Source of the DNA: Lama glama
Taxonomy: Eukaryota
Length of the DNA: 64,000 nt
NCBI GenBank assembly: GCA_028534125.1
Contig: CM052817.1
Span: forward strand, 55,864,001-55,928,000
Direction of reading: 5' to 3'
Shown here: positions 12,162-26,564 of the stretch, one piece after another
Position numbering within the stretch: position 1 is the stretch's first letter
Layout: the number at the start of each line of letters is the position of its first letter
The notes under the pieces: generated by a model
The model's input: only the letters and a program-made list of their open reading frames with translations
Database searches by the model: none
Told to the model about the DNA's origin: nothing
Made by a program: the position numbers and the translations under genes

Positions 12162-14080
12162 GGTGTGGCCAAGATGGCAGAGTAGGATGGCCCTAAGCTC
12201 ATCTCCACCCATGGGCACAACAAAATTACATTTATTAACAGAGCAGCTATCAATGAGAACACTCTGAAAAACAGCAGAAAAGACTTTCTACAACTAAAGA
12301 AAGAAACCACAAAGAGATAGGTGTAGGGGGTGGAAATGCTGTGTAGTCAGGACCCATACCTCCAGTTCAGCAATCTGAAAAAGACAAGTTAATCACAGTT
12401 GCAGAGTCCTCTGCAAGGAGTGAGGGTTCTGAACCCCACATCAGACTCTTCAATCTCGGAGTCCTGTGCTAGAAAGAGGGGCCCCCAGAACATCTGGCTT
12501 TGAAGGCCAGCAGGGCTTACATATGGGATAGCTGAAGAGTTGTAGGAAAAAGAGATGCTGCTCTTACAGGATATGGCACACAATCTATATGCTCCAAATT
12601 CCAGCACAGTGGCAGTAATTTGAAAGGAACCCAGATAAGATGGACCTGCTGATCTTGGAGAGAATCCTGGAGAGACAGAAGGCAACTGGGACTCCCCCTG
12701 GGAATACAGACTCTGGCAGCAGCCATTTGGAGGAGCTCATTCTACCATGAGGACACTGATGCTGGCAAACACAATTTTGGAATCCTTCCTTTAGCCTATC
12801 AGAATCAGAAGCTTACGTGCTCACCAGTGGGAGGAATAAGCCCCAGGACTCCAGAGCCACAAAGCCATTTCAACCCACAAGCAGGCCAGCAGTCACTGCG
12901 CGAGGCAGGGCCTGGAAACCAACCAGGCTGGGGTCAGCCATGCCTACCAGCATGCCCACAGTAGTCAGCCTTGCCACATCAGAAGGATGCTCGCAGCCCA
13001 CACAGGGGGCACCTATAGAGCATATAGCTCTGGTGACCAGAGGAGAGTGGCACAAAAACAGACACTTAGACTGATGTAACAGAACAGAGAGCCCAGAAAT
13101 AAACCCACACTTATATGGTCAATTAATTATGCCAATGGAGGCAAGAATATATAATGGAGAAAACAGTCTTTTCAATAAATGTTGTCAGGAAACCTAGATA
13201 GCTGCAGATAAAAGAATAAAACCTGACTACTTTCTCACACCATATTCAAAAATAAACTCAAAATGGATTAAAGACTTGAATGTAAGACCTGAAGCCATAA
13301 AACTTCTAGAAGAAAACATGTTCTTTGCATTGGTCTTAGCAATATTTGTCTGTTTCCTCAGGCAAGGAAAACAGAAACAAAAATAAACAAACAGGACTAT
13401 ATCAAACTAAAAAGCTTTTACACAGCAAAGAAAACTATCAATGAAGTAAAAAGGCAACCTACTGAATAGGAGAAGATATTTGCAAATGATATATCCAATA
13501 AGAGGTTAATATCTAAAATATACAAAGCACTCATACAATTCAACATCATAAAAAAGAAAGAATCTGATTAAAAATGGGCAGAGGACCTGAACAGACATTT
13601 TCCCCAAAAATACATACATGTGGCCAACAGACACATGAAAAAATGCTAAATGTCACTAATCATCAGGGAAATGAAACTCAAAACCAACGAGATACCACCT
13701 CACACCTGTCAGAATGGCTACCATCAAAGAGACAATAAATAACAAGTGTTGGATAAGATGTAATGAAAAAGGAACCTCTGTGCACTGCTGTTGGAATGTA
13801 AATTGGTACAGCCACTATGGAGTAGTATGGAGGTCCCTCAAAAAGGTAAAACTAGAAAAATTTGAAAATAGATTTAAAAAAAAATAAGACCTAGCAATTT
13901 CACTTCTAGGTATTTACTTGAAAGAAATAAAAGCACTAATTCAAAAAAATATATGCTTATCTAAAGTTAAGTGCAGAATTATTTACAATAGCTATGACAT
14001 GGAAGCAAACTAAATGTCCATCTATAGACAAATGTGTAAAGAAGATGTGATAATATATATATGTGTGTGTATATATATAT
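12162..14080 (+). mobile_element. L1 with 5'UTR joined directly to the 3' part of ORF2 (internally deleted)
   Basis: GGCCAAGATGGCAGAGTAGG L1 start with YY1-type CAAGATGGC; GC-richer 5'UTR to about 13048; then GCACAAAAACAGACAC...GAGAGCCCAGAAATAAACCCACAC ORF2; ends in TA/TG repeat without a 3'UTR. Confidence 0.85.
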
Positions 14081-14099
14081 CACTGGTCTCTTCTTCATT

Positions 14100-15530
14100 T
14101 TCTTTCTCATACTATGCGTTTAATCTGAACCATGTCAACAGATCTGACTTTAATTTTTACCTCTATGTGCAGGACTGCCAAATCTGTTTCTAGCCTGGAT
14201 TTATCTGTTTCCCAGTCCCAAATTTTCAGTTTATACTTCTAGATAGCTCCAGATACCCAATGACTCTACAAAGTATGAAACTTTTTTCATCTCAAACTTC
14301 CTTAGTTTCATATTTTCCTATTTCTGTATCTGCCCAGTCACCTAAACTCAGAACCTCAGTGTCTTCCTTGTGTGACACTATGTGTTGCTAATTATTTTTT
14401 ATCTTGCCTCAATAATATTTTCACACATTCCCTCATATTATTCCCTCACTCCTAGTTCACACTACATTACCTTTCATGCAATGACTTCATTATCATCTGA
14501 TCAAAATTTGCCAATGCTTCTTCAGCATTTGAAGAATAAATACTATTTCCTTGGTTTTAATTCAAAATTCTCCAAGGCCTTGCCTCAAATTATATCCCAT
14601 CTCATTTAGTGGTCACTTGCTAGCATCATATTTCCCTGTCAAATACTGCAAAGACTTGTGCCTGCCTGAGTCACCTGGACCACATATTCATGTTGATGTT
14701 TCTGTTTGGTATTCTCTTTCACTCTTAGCTCCACCTAGACAACTTCATTACATCTTTTCAGACTCATTCGAAAGTCAACTACAATAAAGTTTTTCAAGTG
14801 CACCACTAAGAAGTATTTTTATGTACATTTTAGTTCTCACAGTAACTTTGTGTAACTAACTGCTACCTTTTTCACCCAGTATAAAACAATAATCTCTGCA
14901 GGTCAGGATTTATATTGAATTTTCCATGTATTATTAATTTGTATAAGAAGAAATTGCTACATATCTGATACTGTTCTCGGTGTTAAGAATACAGAGATGA
15001 ATAAGGCAAGAACCCTGATATCATAAAGCTTTCATTCCTTTAATGGGAGAAACTCATATTAAATAAAAATGTGAATAAAAATAAGATAATTTAGGAAAGT
15101 GAGCAGCATTCTGAAGAAAATAATGCAGATTAATAGAGAGTATGTGTAGGCATTAGTTACGGGAAAAGTTGGCTTAACACACTTAATATGATAGAAGGAA
15201 AGAAGAAGGGAAGAAACAAGAAAGGATGCATAAATTGTACTTGTATCGGACAATGTGCAGGACAGTTTATTTATTCAAAAATATATAGTGAGCAGATACA
15301 ATGTGTCTGAACTACGAAATCATTGGATGAATAAGACATGGGGCAAACTCAAGTAGCTCTCATTATGAGGAGACAGGTATGTAAGATTGTCTAATGTTAT
15401 ATGATGATTTCGATACGAGCGTAACATGAGTATGAATGAAGTTCTACTGGGAATATGAAGCAAGTAGTAATTAGTGCAGCTTCGAAAAGTCTGATGAACA
15501 AAATGTTTTTCATGCTAGACCTTAAAGAAT
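14100..15530. mobile_element. Cluster of decayed L2 fragments (plus about 14100-14935, minus about 14950-15530)
   Basis: CCCAGTCACCTAAACTCAGAACCTCAGTGTCTTCCTTG; GAATACAGAGATGAATAAGGCAAGAACCCTGATATCATAAAGCTTTCATTC are L2-type motifs. Confidence 0.55.
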
Positions 15531-18509
15531 TTAATGCTCAACACTCTTCCCTCCTTTCCAGTTAAAGGGCATGCTTTCCCTCCAACAACTTGATGCTTAT
15601 GGAAACTTCAGTGCTTTTTGCATTTTTTCAAACTTAAGTCTCATTGGATGGCCTACAGATTGACATGTATCCCATATTCTTAGTTCACAATGGGTTAGTT
15701 CCACGCTGGACACTTAACCAGATTTGAACCTCTTTCCATAGAAACCCTAAATTTGGGGTTAAAGACAACAATATTGAGTTTCCTTCAATTACAAGGCTGA
15801 CAGGAATTCATCAAAAGCTGAGAGGTTTATTTATAAATGCAGGGAGGATGTCATTCTGAAAAAGATTAAAGGGACATGCAGGGAGAAACAGATATTCAGC
15901 CAGAGAGATAGAAAATCAGTTTTTCCAAGATTCTGTTCATCTCTAAAATCTATTTTAATTCCTGAACTTTCAATGATTTGAATTTTTTGAATTTATTTTT
16001 CCTTTGCTGGTTCTAATTTGCATTTTATTGCTTAAAGCCAAAACACTTCCAAATTAATAAAAAGATGAAAGAACATTGCAGGTAGAGAAGGTAAAATGAA
16101 CGAAGACCTTACATGAGTTTTATTTGTTCAGGAAGTATAATAACAATACACTCAGACTAGAGATTGTACGATTAGTCAGGACAAGGAAAGCAATGAGGAT
16201 TAAAAATACGAGATGTCTTGAGTCTATGTTTTAGTGATCATGGTAGGAAAACTTATATAAATTAGCAGCACTAAATTATAGTTGCTGTTTAGCTTTCACT
16301 ATGCAATTTGCCTTGTTATTCTTTCAAAATTTTGCTTCATCAAAACTCTTCCTGCTTTTCTTTTTATTCCTCTCACACACATTTGCCAAAAATTACCAGT
16401 CCCAAAGGAAAAGTCGTAACATTCAATTGATTTCTGGAGAAAGGAAAGGAGGAATACTGAATTCCAACAAGAAAAGTAAAACTATACTCTACATGACAAT
16501 TTCTAGACATTGATTGAGAAGACAATAGAGCAGGAAGAGTAACCAATGATATAGAGATCAGTCTTGTAGGAAGGTGGATGTGGTGGGTTGGAGTGAACAA
16601 ACATGCTTTATTTACATTAGCTTCAATATGAAGTGCTAATATTAATTTTTAAACTGATTTTAACTTGTAGAAATTAAAAATTAAGGATTAGTCTTATTGG
16701 TGATGAGAGTAAAAGACAACACATTATTTTTTGTTTGTTTTTTTGTTTTTCACCAGTACACAAAGGAGACTCATGAAACACCCACAATAAGTAGTATAGA
16801 AAAATTTTCAGTTTAATTCAAATTCAAATTGAGCACAACACCAACATGTCACTATCCCCTCAATTTCATTCCATTGGTATCTGACTGATGGAAAACTGTT
16901 ACTTGTCTAGTTTGCCTTAAACAGTGGATGTCAAATAGAAATACCAAAAAAAAAAAAAAAGTACTGAACATGAATTGTTCAAAAAATCTGTTACTAAGAC
17001 ATGTTTTCATAGTTTCTACAATTAATATGAAAAAATCTACTAATTATGAAAATCTCAAACATGAAGAAATAAAGTTTGCAGTCAGTATTTAGCAATTAGT
17101 AATTAATAATTAAGGAGAAGTGAGAAATACTTATGGAAATAAAGGAGTTTAGACACAGAGAGGAAGTGTTTTGGGGAATGGAAAGATGGAACAAAAGGTA
17201 TTTGGAATCTAATATAAACATCATTCATCTCAGCAATACCAAAAAATAATCAGAACCCAGTGCTACCAAGTATGCATCTCAACAAGGCAGGGATGTTTCA
17301 GAGGTACAGACTGTCAAACAGTTATCTAACTTGCTTACTGTCAGTTGTGTTGCTTCCACAGCCCGTTTTCCCACAATACACTGTACTAGAGGACTGTAAT
17401 GATTGGGAGAAATTATTTTCCCTGTTAATGCTTGAATTTTTTAAATATGAAGCAAAGACACGTCATTATGACATAAATCAGTGCAAATGATTATAAGATA
17501 GAAATAGCATATAGGCTCAAATTCACAGAATTACTGAACTCAGACCCTTCCCTTTAATAAAGAAACTGTTTAAAAGGATTTAATTTTACCTGCATAAAAA
17601 TTACAGAGTCAATCCTAGACTACTTTATGAGAACACTGTGAAATATACCCCAAAATAAAAGATATGTCTGTATCTTCATCCAAGTTGCCTTCATTTTTAA
17701 TATTAAAGCTCAGATAATATAGCACATTTTCTTGAAAATGACATAAAATAAAAATTACCTGGTTTCTACGGAACTTGGTCATCTTTCAAGTTGTCCAAAT
17801 GACTATGCCTTGCCCCAAATGCATTCATGCATACATTCATTACTCATTCAGCCAATAAGCATTCTAAAATAAAACTGGAATAAAGAAAAAAGAAGTTAAA
17901 ATACAATGTCTTACTTAAATAACAACAAAAAAGGAATAAATGAAGTTGTATGAGTTTTCTAACATTAAAACATTTTTAAACAGTATTTAAGTAAAATGTT
18001 CTTTTTGGCAGTTTTTATTACTTTTGTTGGCCCATTTCTTTTTCTTACAGCAGCACTGAAAAAGTCCAGTGAAAGCTGTTTATGGTTTATGCACACATGT
18101 GTAACAGAAGGGCAATAAATTTGGCAGCCAAAATGCAAAAAAGGAAAATAAAAGAGGAAACCAAATGTATGAAAGGAATCAAGAGGCCGATTGTGCTATG
18201 AGTTTGAGGAGCAGTTTTAGTGGAATAAAGGCAGAAATGACTGGAAAGAACTTAAGTTGAAGTCAGACAGTGGAGTGGCTGAATTTATTCCTATGAAACA
18301 GTGCACTTCTGGGTGTCGGCAATGTCTACGGTGTTACGAGGATGAGTGACAGATGTACATTAGTAGTGAAGGTCACTGTATACTTACAAAGGTGTAGTGC
18401 TAAGGAAAAAAGTGACTGTAGAGAAATACGATAAATCTAATTTATTTTCATTTTAAAACTCCAACATATATTTCAGTTTTGACAAAAATTTAATCTCCAG
18501 ATCCTGTAA

Positions 18510-18750
18510 ATAATGAACTTCTATTATACACCAGGCATCGACCTAAGTGCTTTAATACCACTTCATTTAATCCTCATAATTAGCACATGAGGCTACATGT
18601 CACTACTACCCTCAGCGTGTAGGTGAGAAAACTGTGGATCCGAATCTATGAGTAGCTTCCTCAAAGTTGCACAGGATGTTAAGTGATGACACAGGGTTCA
18701 AAGCCAGACAACTGGACTCCAGGGACTATAGTCTAAGCACAACTGCATTA
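18510..18750 (-). mobile_element. MIR
   Basis: CCAGGCATCGACCTAAGTGCTTTA...TCATTTAATCCTCATAA...GTAGGTGAGAAAACTG...GGGTTCAAAGCCAG. Confidence 0.75.
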
Positions 18751-21700
18751 TCCTATTATCCAAAAAGAAAACGGGGAAAGGAAATCTTACTGAGTACAAC
18801 CAGCAGAAATAATAATAATCTCTAAGTAGAAAACAAATATTTTCCTGCAGTTTGTTCACTTCTGTTAAAGGTCCATTAGCAAATCTAATGAGATCTAGGA
18901 ACAATGTCTAAAGAAAATGCACATACATACATATTTTTAAAAAATGGTTTGTATGATCTCTTTGAAAAACTAAAAAAAAATATGAAGCATTTATTAAAAT
19001 GAAAGACACAAAGAAAAAGTACACAATATGAAACATTTAGGTGAAATATTTAATATTTTGTGCAACATGGGAGATTTGTCTATGAAATTGGTTACATTTT
19101 TTGTAGTCACTTTGGGCTTTAAGGATTTTAAACTATAGTTGTGATCAGAATTAATGAGCCCCGGTTGACACAGTCATCCATAGCATTATGATATTCTTTT
19201 AAGTGAGACATGAAAATTCTAAACATCCTGTACTTTAGTAAGTTTCTGTCTGGCAAGGGATTACCATGAGACACCTTTAAGAGTTGTTTGAAAATTTCTT
19301 TGCAAAGGTCAGTTCCCTACGGGATTGATATTGGTAATTGGTTCAAAAGCAAACCATCTCTTCAAAATGTGCTGCTTTCTGTCTGATTAGAGCTTAGAGG
19401 CCAAAACAAAAGAGTGTTTTACATGATCTTTGTTTCTAAGGCAGACTTTTTCAGAGTCGGTTTCAAGGGCATATGAATCCATATTCCTCAGCATATTGTT
19501 CCGAAAATTCTGTGGTGAGGCACGGTTCTTACCTTGTGAGAATTACAGATACCTTTTTAAGTCAAAATTGGCATTTTTAGTGCTTATCATTTGCTTCCCT
19601 CTGCAGCTGCCATATTGCTGTGAACATTACTGTGTCTGCCATCACTTGTGACATACTCCATAGGAGGCTCGTCAGGAAATTTTGGTCTCAGACTCTATCC
19701 TAATGCAGATTTAACAATCAGAAGAATGCTACACTTTAATAAAACATAAAAAACATTCTTGGCAGCATGAGGACTGAGAGCAAGACAGTGGTAAACTCTG
19801 AGCCGTCTGTGGCATTCTGAGAGGATCAATATGAGAACACACCACTGATTTTGCAGCTCCAGACATGGTCAAACTATCATGTAACTGATTTGTGACAATA
19901 TATAATGACCAAAATTGCAAACATATTTAAAATAAGTCATAGATAAAAATTGTAAGAAAAGAGTTCAAGTCTACTGTCATTCTTTCCAGAAGAATCACAG
20001 AAAGGGAAATAAGGACAATATGTTTTTCCTTCTTCTTTTTTATTCTATAAATTGTATGATTTTTCATGCCAATTAGTATCTTCCTGTCTTATCTTCAAAC
20101 TATTTTTGGGAAAACCACAAGAAGAAGAAAAGAAAATGAGTCAAAGAAGATTTAAACAGAGAATGAAGAAATGGAGCCCTTGAGAAGGACTGAATCAGAA
20201 TATAAATCGATCATCTACTTGTGCACAATAAAACGCTGTGTTATTATCTGTGTAGTACAGTGTGGGGTCCCCTAAGAATGTGAAAAATACAGGAGCTCAA
20301 GTAGATTTTAAGACTTACCCTGGTCAAATTTATTTATTCATTCAGTTACAAGCAGGTAGTGGGAATAAAACAATTTAGACAAAGTGTCTCCCTGAGACAT
20401 TTATTAATAAATACCTAGCATATCAACTAGGCTATATGGAACTATTATCTGGAATTATAATTTAAAGTAATTATTGTACCTCAGAGTGATGGTAATTAAT
20501 TATGGAAAATCTGATCATTGATACTGACCATGTTTAGGGAAATACTATGCTAGGAGTTGGTTAAATGGTCTCGTAGAAAAGGATAATCCAACCACCCAGA
20601 GATTTCCTTGTGCTCATTCCTGGATTTTCAAAAGACAAGTCACCTGGACTGAAATATGAATGCTTGGGTCTTTATGTGGATTATGGTATTACTATTGCGA
20701 ATACTGGCTTAGCCCACTAACTTTTGCGGCTCTGTTTCTGCTTTCAACTTCTGATTATAATGTCTGACCATGAAGCTTTCCACTGGGTAAAGAATGTGCT
20801 GCTTTCATTGTTCAAACAGTTTAGTCTCTTGGATAGTTGATTTTCTCACTGCAAATTACTGGACTATAATTCTGCCTGGATTATAATATCATTCTATGTG
20901 AAACTGGGTAATATAATTTCTCCCCCTGAGAATCATGTATAATTTCATTTTTGGGGGGAAAAAAGACAGAAAAAATTATGCTTTTGTGCTTAGAAGCTTC
21001 AAGTCAAATGTTTGGAATACAGTTAATTTAATAAGGTATCCTCCATGTTGGGAGGTGCATTGCCAGTCAATTAAGTCTGTTCATCAGCCATGTATTCATC
21101 ATGACACTAGCTTTTGTGAACTTGACTAAGTCAGTTTGGCCATTTACAATATTGGACTCTTTTGGTAGATATTCATAGGCATTAGAAATTAGAGATGAGG
21201 GTTCTAATTCGACTCTCCCACAATCTTGCTACCAGATGAGATCAAGTCTCTGAATGTATTCTGTACCAGCAAGCAGACGAAAATTAAGTAACACATCTTA
21301 TTCCTGTGAGCTCAGCAAAGTTGCAGACACTCCTAAGCACTTTGTATGATTGATTCAAGACACATGCAATGATATTTCAGCAGCAGGAGCCAGCTAACCT
21401 TTAGTTGGAATGTCATTACAGAATTCACCATTATGTTGCAAAAACAACAACAACAAAAAAGAATCAGATGAATGTCCTATGTGCAGAGCACCAATGCAAA
21501 GGGTAGCGATTGTTATATTTTTGTTTATAAAACAGCAAAAGTCCTTGAAGAATATTTAGAGCCAATTCACATATCTAGAACAGAAAAATCAAAGTATTTC
21601 TAGTATTTCTTATGCTGATACAATTAGTCTCTTGCCATCAAGCCAGGAATCATGAGAATTACTGATAATCATTTTGCATGAGATAAGGTTAAGTTTTAAC

Positions 21701-24229
21701 TTTTGCCTAAATCACCATCTCTGTAGCCTTTTTGTATGCAGTGTCTACTAAGAAGTTGCAATTTAATAAAATTATGGTTGAGATCCAGGGAGGTGTGGGG
21801 AACAATCTGAAAAGACCACTCAGTGTGTTAGCACTCTGTACCAATTCACATGTGTCTTCTGAGGACACAAGAGGGAAGTGATTGTAATGTCGCTAGCTGG
21901 TATCTGTTGCATCTGGGTTTTGTTTCACATCAGTGGACTGGCGAAGTGAGAAAGGCACATTTGACAAGGCAGTCACGGTAAAAGTGAAAACTGGTAAAAA
22001 AATTTTCAAGCAGATAGCAGATCACTGATGGATGAGCCCAAAATGCAAATAGTTTGGGAGATAGTGGCAGTGTTGGGGTCAGTTGTGTCTGGCTGGATAG
22101 GAATACAATGATCCAAAGCAAGCATGAAGTTGTTGATACTACTGTTAACTCCACAGAGCTAGTTTCATCACTGTCAGCCCCTAGGCAGAAAATTGTGAAC
22201 TGATTTGGATCTTTGCTATCCTTACTTAGCATGTCAGAGAAGAACACAGTAAACTGCTGATAAATCAATTACCACCCTCTAGCATAGGTAGATGGGTGGA
22301 TACAGTAAAGCTTTTTCCTGCTTTCAGGGATAAACTCTGTGTTAGTGTGCCTGCAGCCAAACCTAGGTGACTATAAATGGGTTCCTTGATAAGGGTTCCC
22401 CTTCTCCTGCTCTTGCCCCAGCCTGGTGAAGAAGGGTCTTGCCAAAGGTCCATGCCATAGTATCTTCCGCTTCACTGATAGATACTTCAATGACACCTTT
22501 ACAGCTTTCCATTCTTTTTGTTTCATTTTTCACTTCACTAGGAGAAAACACGTAGTTTATCGAAGTAAGGATTGGTGGGAGAGAGGGCACATTTTCTTCC
22601 TCTGCAAATCACTCTCCCAAACTTGTGGAAAGTGCTCCAACCATTATTAATAAACTAGGATCTTCAAACTTAGGCACTTGGACCTTGGATACTGTTCGGC
22701 AGGGACTTCAGCTTCCCTCTCTTTGGGTCTTTTTGGCTGTCACTGGTGATTCTTCCTCTCTAACTTTACTCCCTACCCATTCGGCTTCTTTATTTTGGGC
22801 TGTTGCTACTGCCCCAACTCCTAGCCTCTTAGTGTGGTAACACAAAACAAAAGCAAAAAGGGAACAGGAAGTCATCCCCTTAGCCCCAGCCTCCACTCCT
22901 CTTCCATCCCCTCTCTTCCTCACGCTCACCAACTTGCCAACAATGAGTAAGTGAGACTAAGTAAAAGCATGGATTCTGAATCAGAATTGCTCAAATAACA
23001 AGTAACCACTTTTGGAATGTGCGTTTCTGCGTCCATTAAGTAAGCTCTCTGAAAAGTGTAGATTAAAAGTCAGCATATACACATTTATGTTGAACTCTGT
23101 ATACTGAAGCATTTCAAAGTAAACCAAGGCAATATAACACTGTCATTACACATGCCATTTTCAATTTTAAATACGTAATATAATACATTAATATGGTATG
23201 ATAGTTTCTTAAAAAAATCTCAAATGGCATTATAAGTCAGTTCAGATATTTTAGAATAGGAAATTTTTTTTTTTAGAACAGGAATTTATAGTGTAAATTC
23301 CTAGGACTTCCTCTTCTAATTTTATGATTGCCCAAATATATAAGACAGCATGCCAATAAGAAAGATACCAAAATAGATTATACTTGAATATATATATTCA
23401 TTACTTATATAATTCTGATTGACTGTTAATCTAGAAAGATAAATTGATCAACTTTTAGTATACACATAGTATATAATCCAAAATATTCTCCACTTGTCCC
23501 ACACTTAATTCATTTAAAACTCATAATAAGTCTTGTAGGTCTGTACTAAACATTTCAGCAAACTGACACTTACTAAAGATGTATTTTTTAAGACATTGTG
23601 CTGTTCTTACAAGGTGAAAAACAAAAAGAGACCAAGAAGCTTATCTAAGCCAAATCATTAACAGTTATGACTGAATCAAATTCTATCCTTGGTAACTTAT
23701 TCCAGAGTCTAAACATGGGATCCTTACTGTCATGCCCTCTCTATTTTGATAAATGAAGTATAACTATTAGAAAAGTCATATGCCTAAGGCGAAATTGCTT
23801 TTTTAGTGGAGGAGATAGTATGTAAAAACTTGTTGTCTGACTCCATATTTAGTGGTTTCCCACCTCTGTTTGAAATACTTTTCAGAACACTCTAAGGCAA
23901 ACTAATAAAATATTTATGCTCGTTTATAAGCTTGAAAGTATACTCAGTATTTTTGCTATGATTAACAAAGATCTTATGTCAGCGTACTACTTGCCATACA
24001 GTGCAAAGATACCTCGTCAATTCTGCACATGACTTTAGAGGGTATTAATCAATAGGCTTATTTAGTAAATAAAATAATCTCATACAAGTTAGCAAAAAAA
24101 AATGAAAACAAATTCCTCTATAGGCTCTTACAAATTATGTGGAGCTATAACTAAAGACAGTTATTAATCAAAACTTTCAATAATTGTAGAACAGAGAAAA
24201 TAGAAAAAGCAAATAATTAACCTTCTATC

Positions 24230-24681
24230 TGTTGGTACATAATTTTTCATGGATCTCTTTCTTTCTGTATCTCTTGACAGCAAAAGCACTGATGGCCTTA
24301 GTTTGGGCTTTTCTTCTAGGGTTGTGTGCATAGTCTCACCCTGGAGTAGATGGCAAGTTTATTGACCATATACTAACGATGATGTCCCCTCTGGAACAAA
24401 GACTGGATAGTTTTTTCTTCAAGTCCATTATAAAATATTTGGGTTTCCTAAATTCAGGGTTCCTTAGCTATGATATAAACCTACTATACGCACAGCATAC
24501 ACCTGGGCCTCTTCATATCACCCCATTAGACTTGGAGGTCAAAGGGAACCAATGCAAGCATAAAGCTCAGAATGCTCAGTGCATCATCAGTAATCAACTC
24601 TTTTTCCTTTGATCCTGGAGTCTTTGACCTCTGCCAGCATTCATGAAACTGCAGAAAGCTAATGTGTGGGCTTGCAAGTAG
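24230..24681 (+). mobile_element. LTR40-family LTR (ERVL), 3' terminus eroded
   Basis: TGTTGGTACATAATTTTTCATGGATCTC start; TGATCCTGGAGTCTTTGACCTCTGCCAGCATTCATGAAACTG...GCTTGCAAGTAG; homologous to 1837-2209. Confidence 0.75.
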
Positions 24682-25436
24682 CATACAATTACAATGTCAT
24701 CATAGTTACTGACATTGTCATGACTACATCTCTATTCTTTTCTTTAATATAAAGCAGAGATCTATTATGTCAACTGCAAAAAAGGTATTAATCTCCCAAA
24801 GAAGAGAACAGAATGTAAAATGATGGAAGCATTTAATGCATCCTTTCTAAAAACTTTTTAGATTTTTTTTAACTAAGATTATCTTAAGCTGATAGCTTAT
24901 AAGCCAAAAAATTAAACTTTGACTTGTTTTTGACTATTTAAACTTTAGAAGATAAAAAATAATCATCCCACTTCTATTGGGTACATCCAGAGGTAGAACC
25001 CTGGGTCATAAAACAGGCTTACGTTTAGCTATAATAGATATTGCCAACCATTTTTCCTGGATGGTTTTATGAAATTATAATCCTTATAGCAGTGTATGAG
25101 AATTTATTTATGATACCTTAAAACTGAAAACAATTCAAACATGTTTTGAACTGGAGGAAAGCAAAGGGAGTCTGTATTTCCATTACAAATGAATCAAACA
25201 TCCCCCAGAGTACAAGAAACATTATAAATCTTAACGTGCAATCAGAAATCATGTCTTCATATGTAACTTCAAACATTTACATTGTCATAGAATAGGCATA
25301 AAAGCAAAGAATGACACATTCGAGCAATATTATATGACTTTTGGGAAAATAAGCATTTATTTAAAAAATAAAATGTTATAGAGCTTAATTCTTCATGAAT
25401 ACAACCACTGTTCAATGCATGTGCTGTTAAATTAAG

Positions 25437-25902
25437 TGGTTGCTAGTCTCCAAAGATGGCCCCAGAAATTCATACTCTGTTTAGAATCTGCAAATGGATT
25501 TGATTAATAGGATGAAGTAAAAGTGATGTTCTGGAACCACAAAGCCCAGGCCATAAGAAGACTGGCAGTTTCTGCCTCTTGTCTCTGCAAATCCAGCTTC
25601 CATGCTCTGAGAAGCCCATGCCAAATGTAGAGGCCAAGTGGGTATAACCAAAGCAGTGTATTCAACAGCTCTAGGTGAGCTCCCAGCCAACAACCATATG
25701 AGTCATATGAGTGGGCCATTTTGGATGGTCCAGTCCAGTTGAGCTCCCATAAGAGTAAAGCTCAGATGACATCACTTATATCATAGGAACCACTGGGCCA
25801 AACCCAGTCATCCTGCAAAATCACAGAGGACAGAAACTGGCTCTTGTTTTAAGTAATTAAGTTCTGAGGTGGTTTGTTATTCAGCAACAGATAACCAAAA
25901 TA
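25437..25902 (+). mobile_element. MLT1-family solo LTR (ERVL-MaLR)
   Basis: CTCCAAAGATGGCCCC start; typical end TTGTTTTAAGTAATTAAGTTCTGAGGTGGTTTGTTATTCAGCAACAGATAACCAAAATA. Confidence 0.8.
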
Positions 25903-26460
25903 ATGTATGTATATGTGTTTCTCAAAATAAACAAATAAAGGAATTAACACCATTTTTCTGTTGTACACACACATATCAATTTTGGATTAACATTATTTAA
26001 TGTCCATTTTGGATCTCTTGCTGGTAACATAATTAAGGAACACTGACAAAAGCCCATGTGAAGGCAGTATGATCACTCCCAGTATGGCAAAAATTGATTT
26101 TCAGGCCAGTATCTCCCCTTTCAATTGTCATGTAATACCACACTATATGCATGTCCTGAAACTGATCTCTGTGCACTCAGATGTTTCTTAGTTTTTAAAT
26201 AAAATCAGAACTGAAAATATATGTCAGATCTGCTGGTAATTAAGCTGCAGAAGGCAGTAGTGGTATTACATTTTGAGACATTAATGCATACTTCCTTCAT
26301 CAGTATTCTATGTTTCTTTAATTCTTTCTATCATTGGGCAGTTTGAGCCACAGTATTCATCTCCTCTAGGGAGACAAAACAGTCAAATTCTTCATCTTTC
26401 ATATTCAAACCCCAAGTTGTACCCATCAGGTAAATCACTGAGAATGGTATTTGATATATT

Positions 26461-26564
26461 AGAAGAGAAGAGAAGGCAAAAAAAAAAAAAAAAAAGAAAG
26501 AAAAAGAAAGAAAGAAAAGGAAAGGGAAAGGAAGGGAGGAAAAAGAGGGAGTTGAAAAGAAAAG
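26461..26564 (+). repeat. Polypurine low-complexity tract (A-run, GAAA and GGAA units)
   Basis: 26478-26551 is entirely A/G. Confidence 0.9.

Noticed and set aside
15535..16060. Possible very old MLT1-like LTR
   Set aside because: Only the 3' end is suggestive; too diverged to support by eye.
22365..22405. TATAAA with nearby GATA site as a promoter
   Set aside because: Such short motifs are frequent in AT-rich DNA, with no CpG enrichment or downstream gene evidence.
1837..24681. The two LTR40 copies as ends of one provirus
   Set aside because: They are 22 kb apart with no retroviral internal sequence between them, and the first has its own TSD-like flanks.
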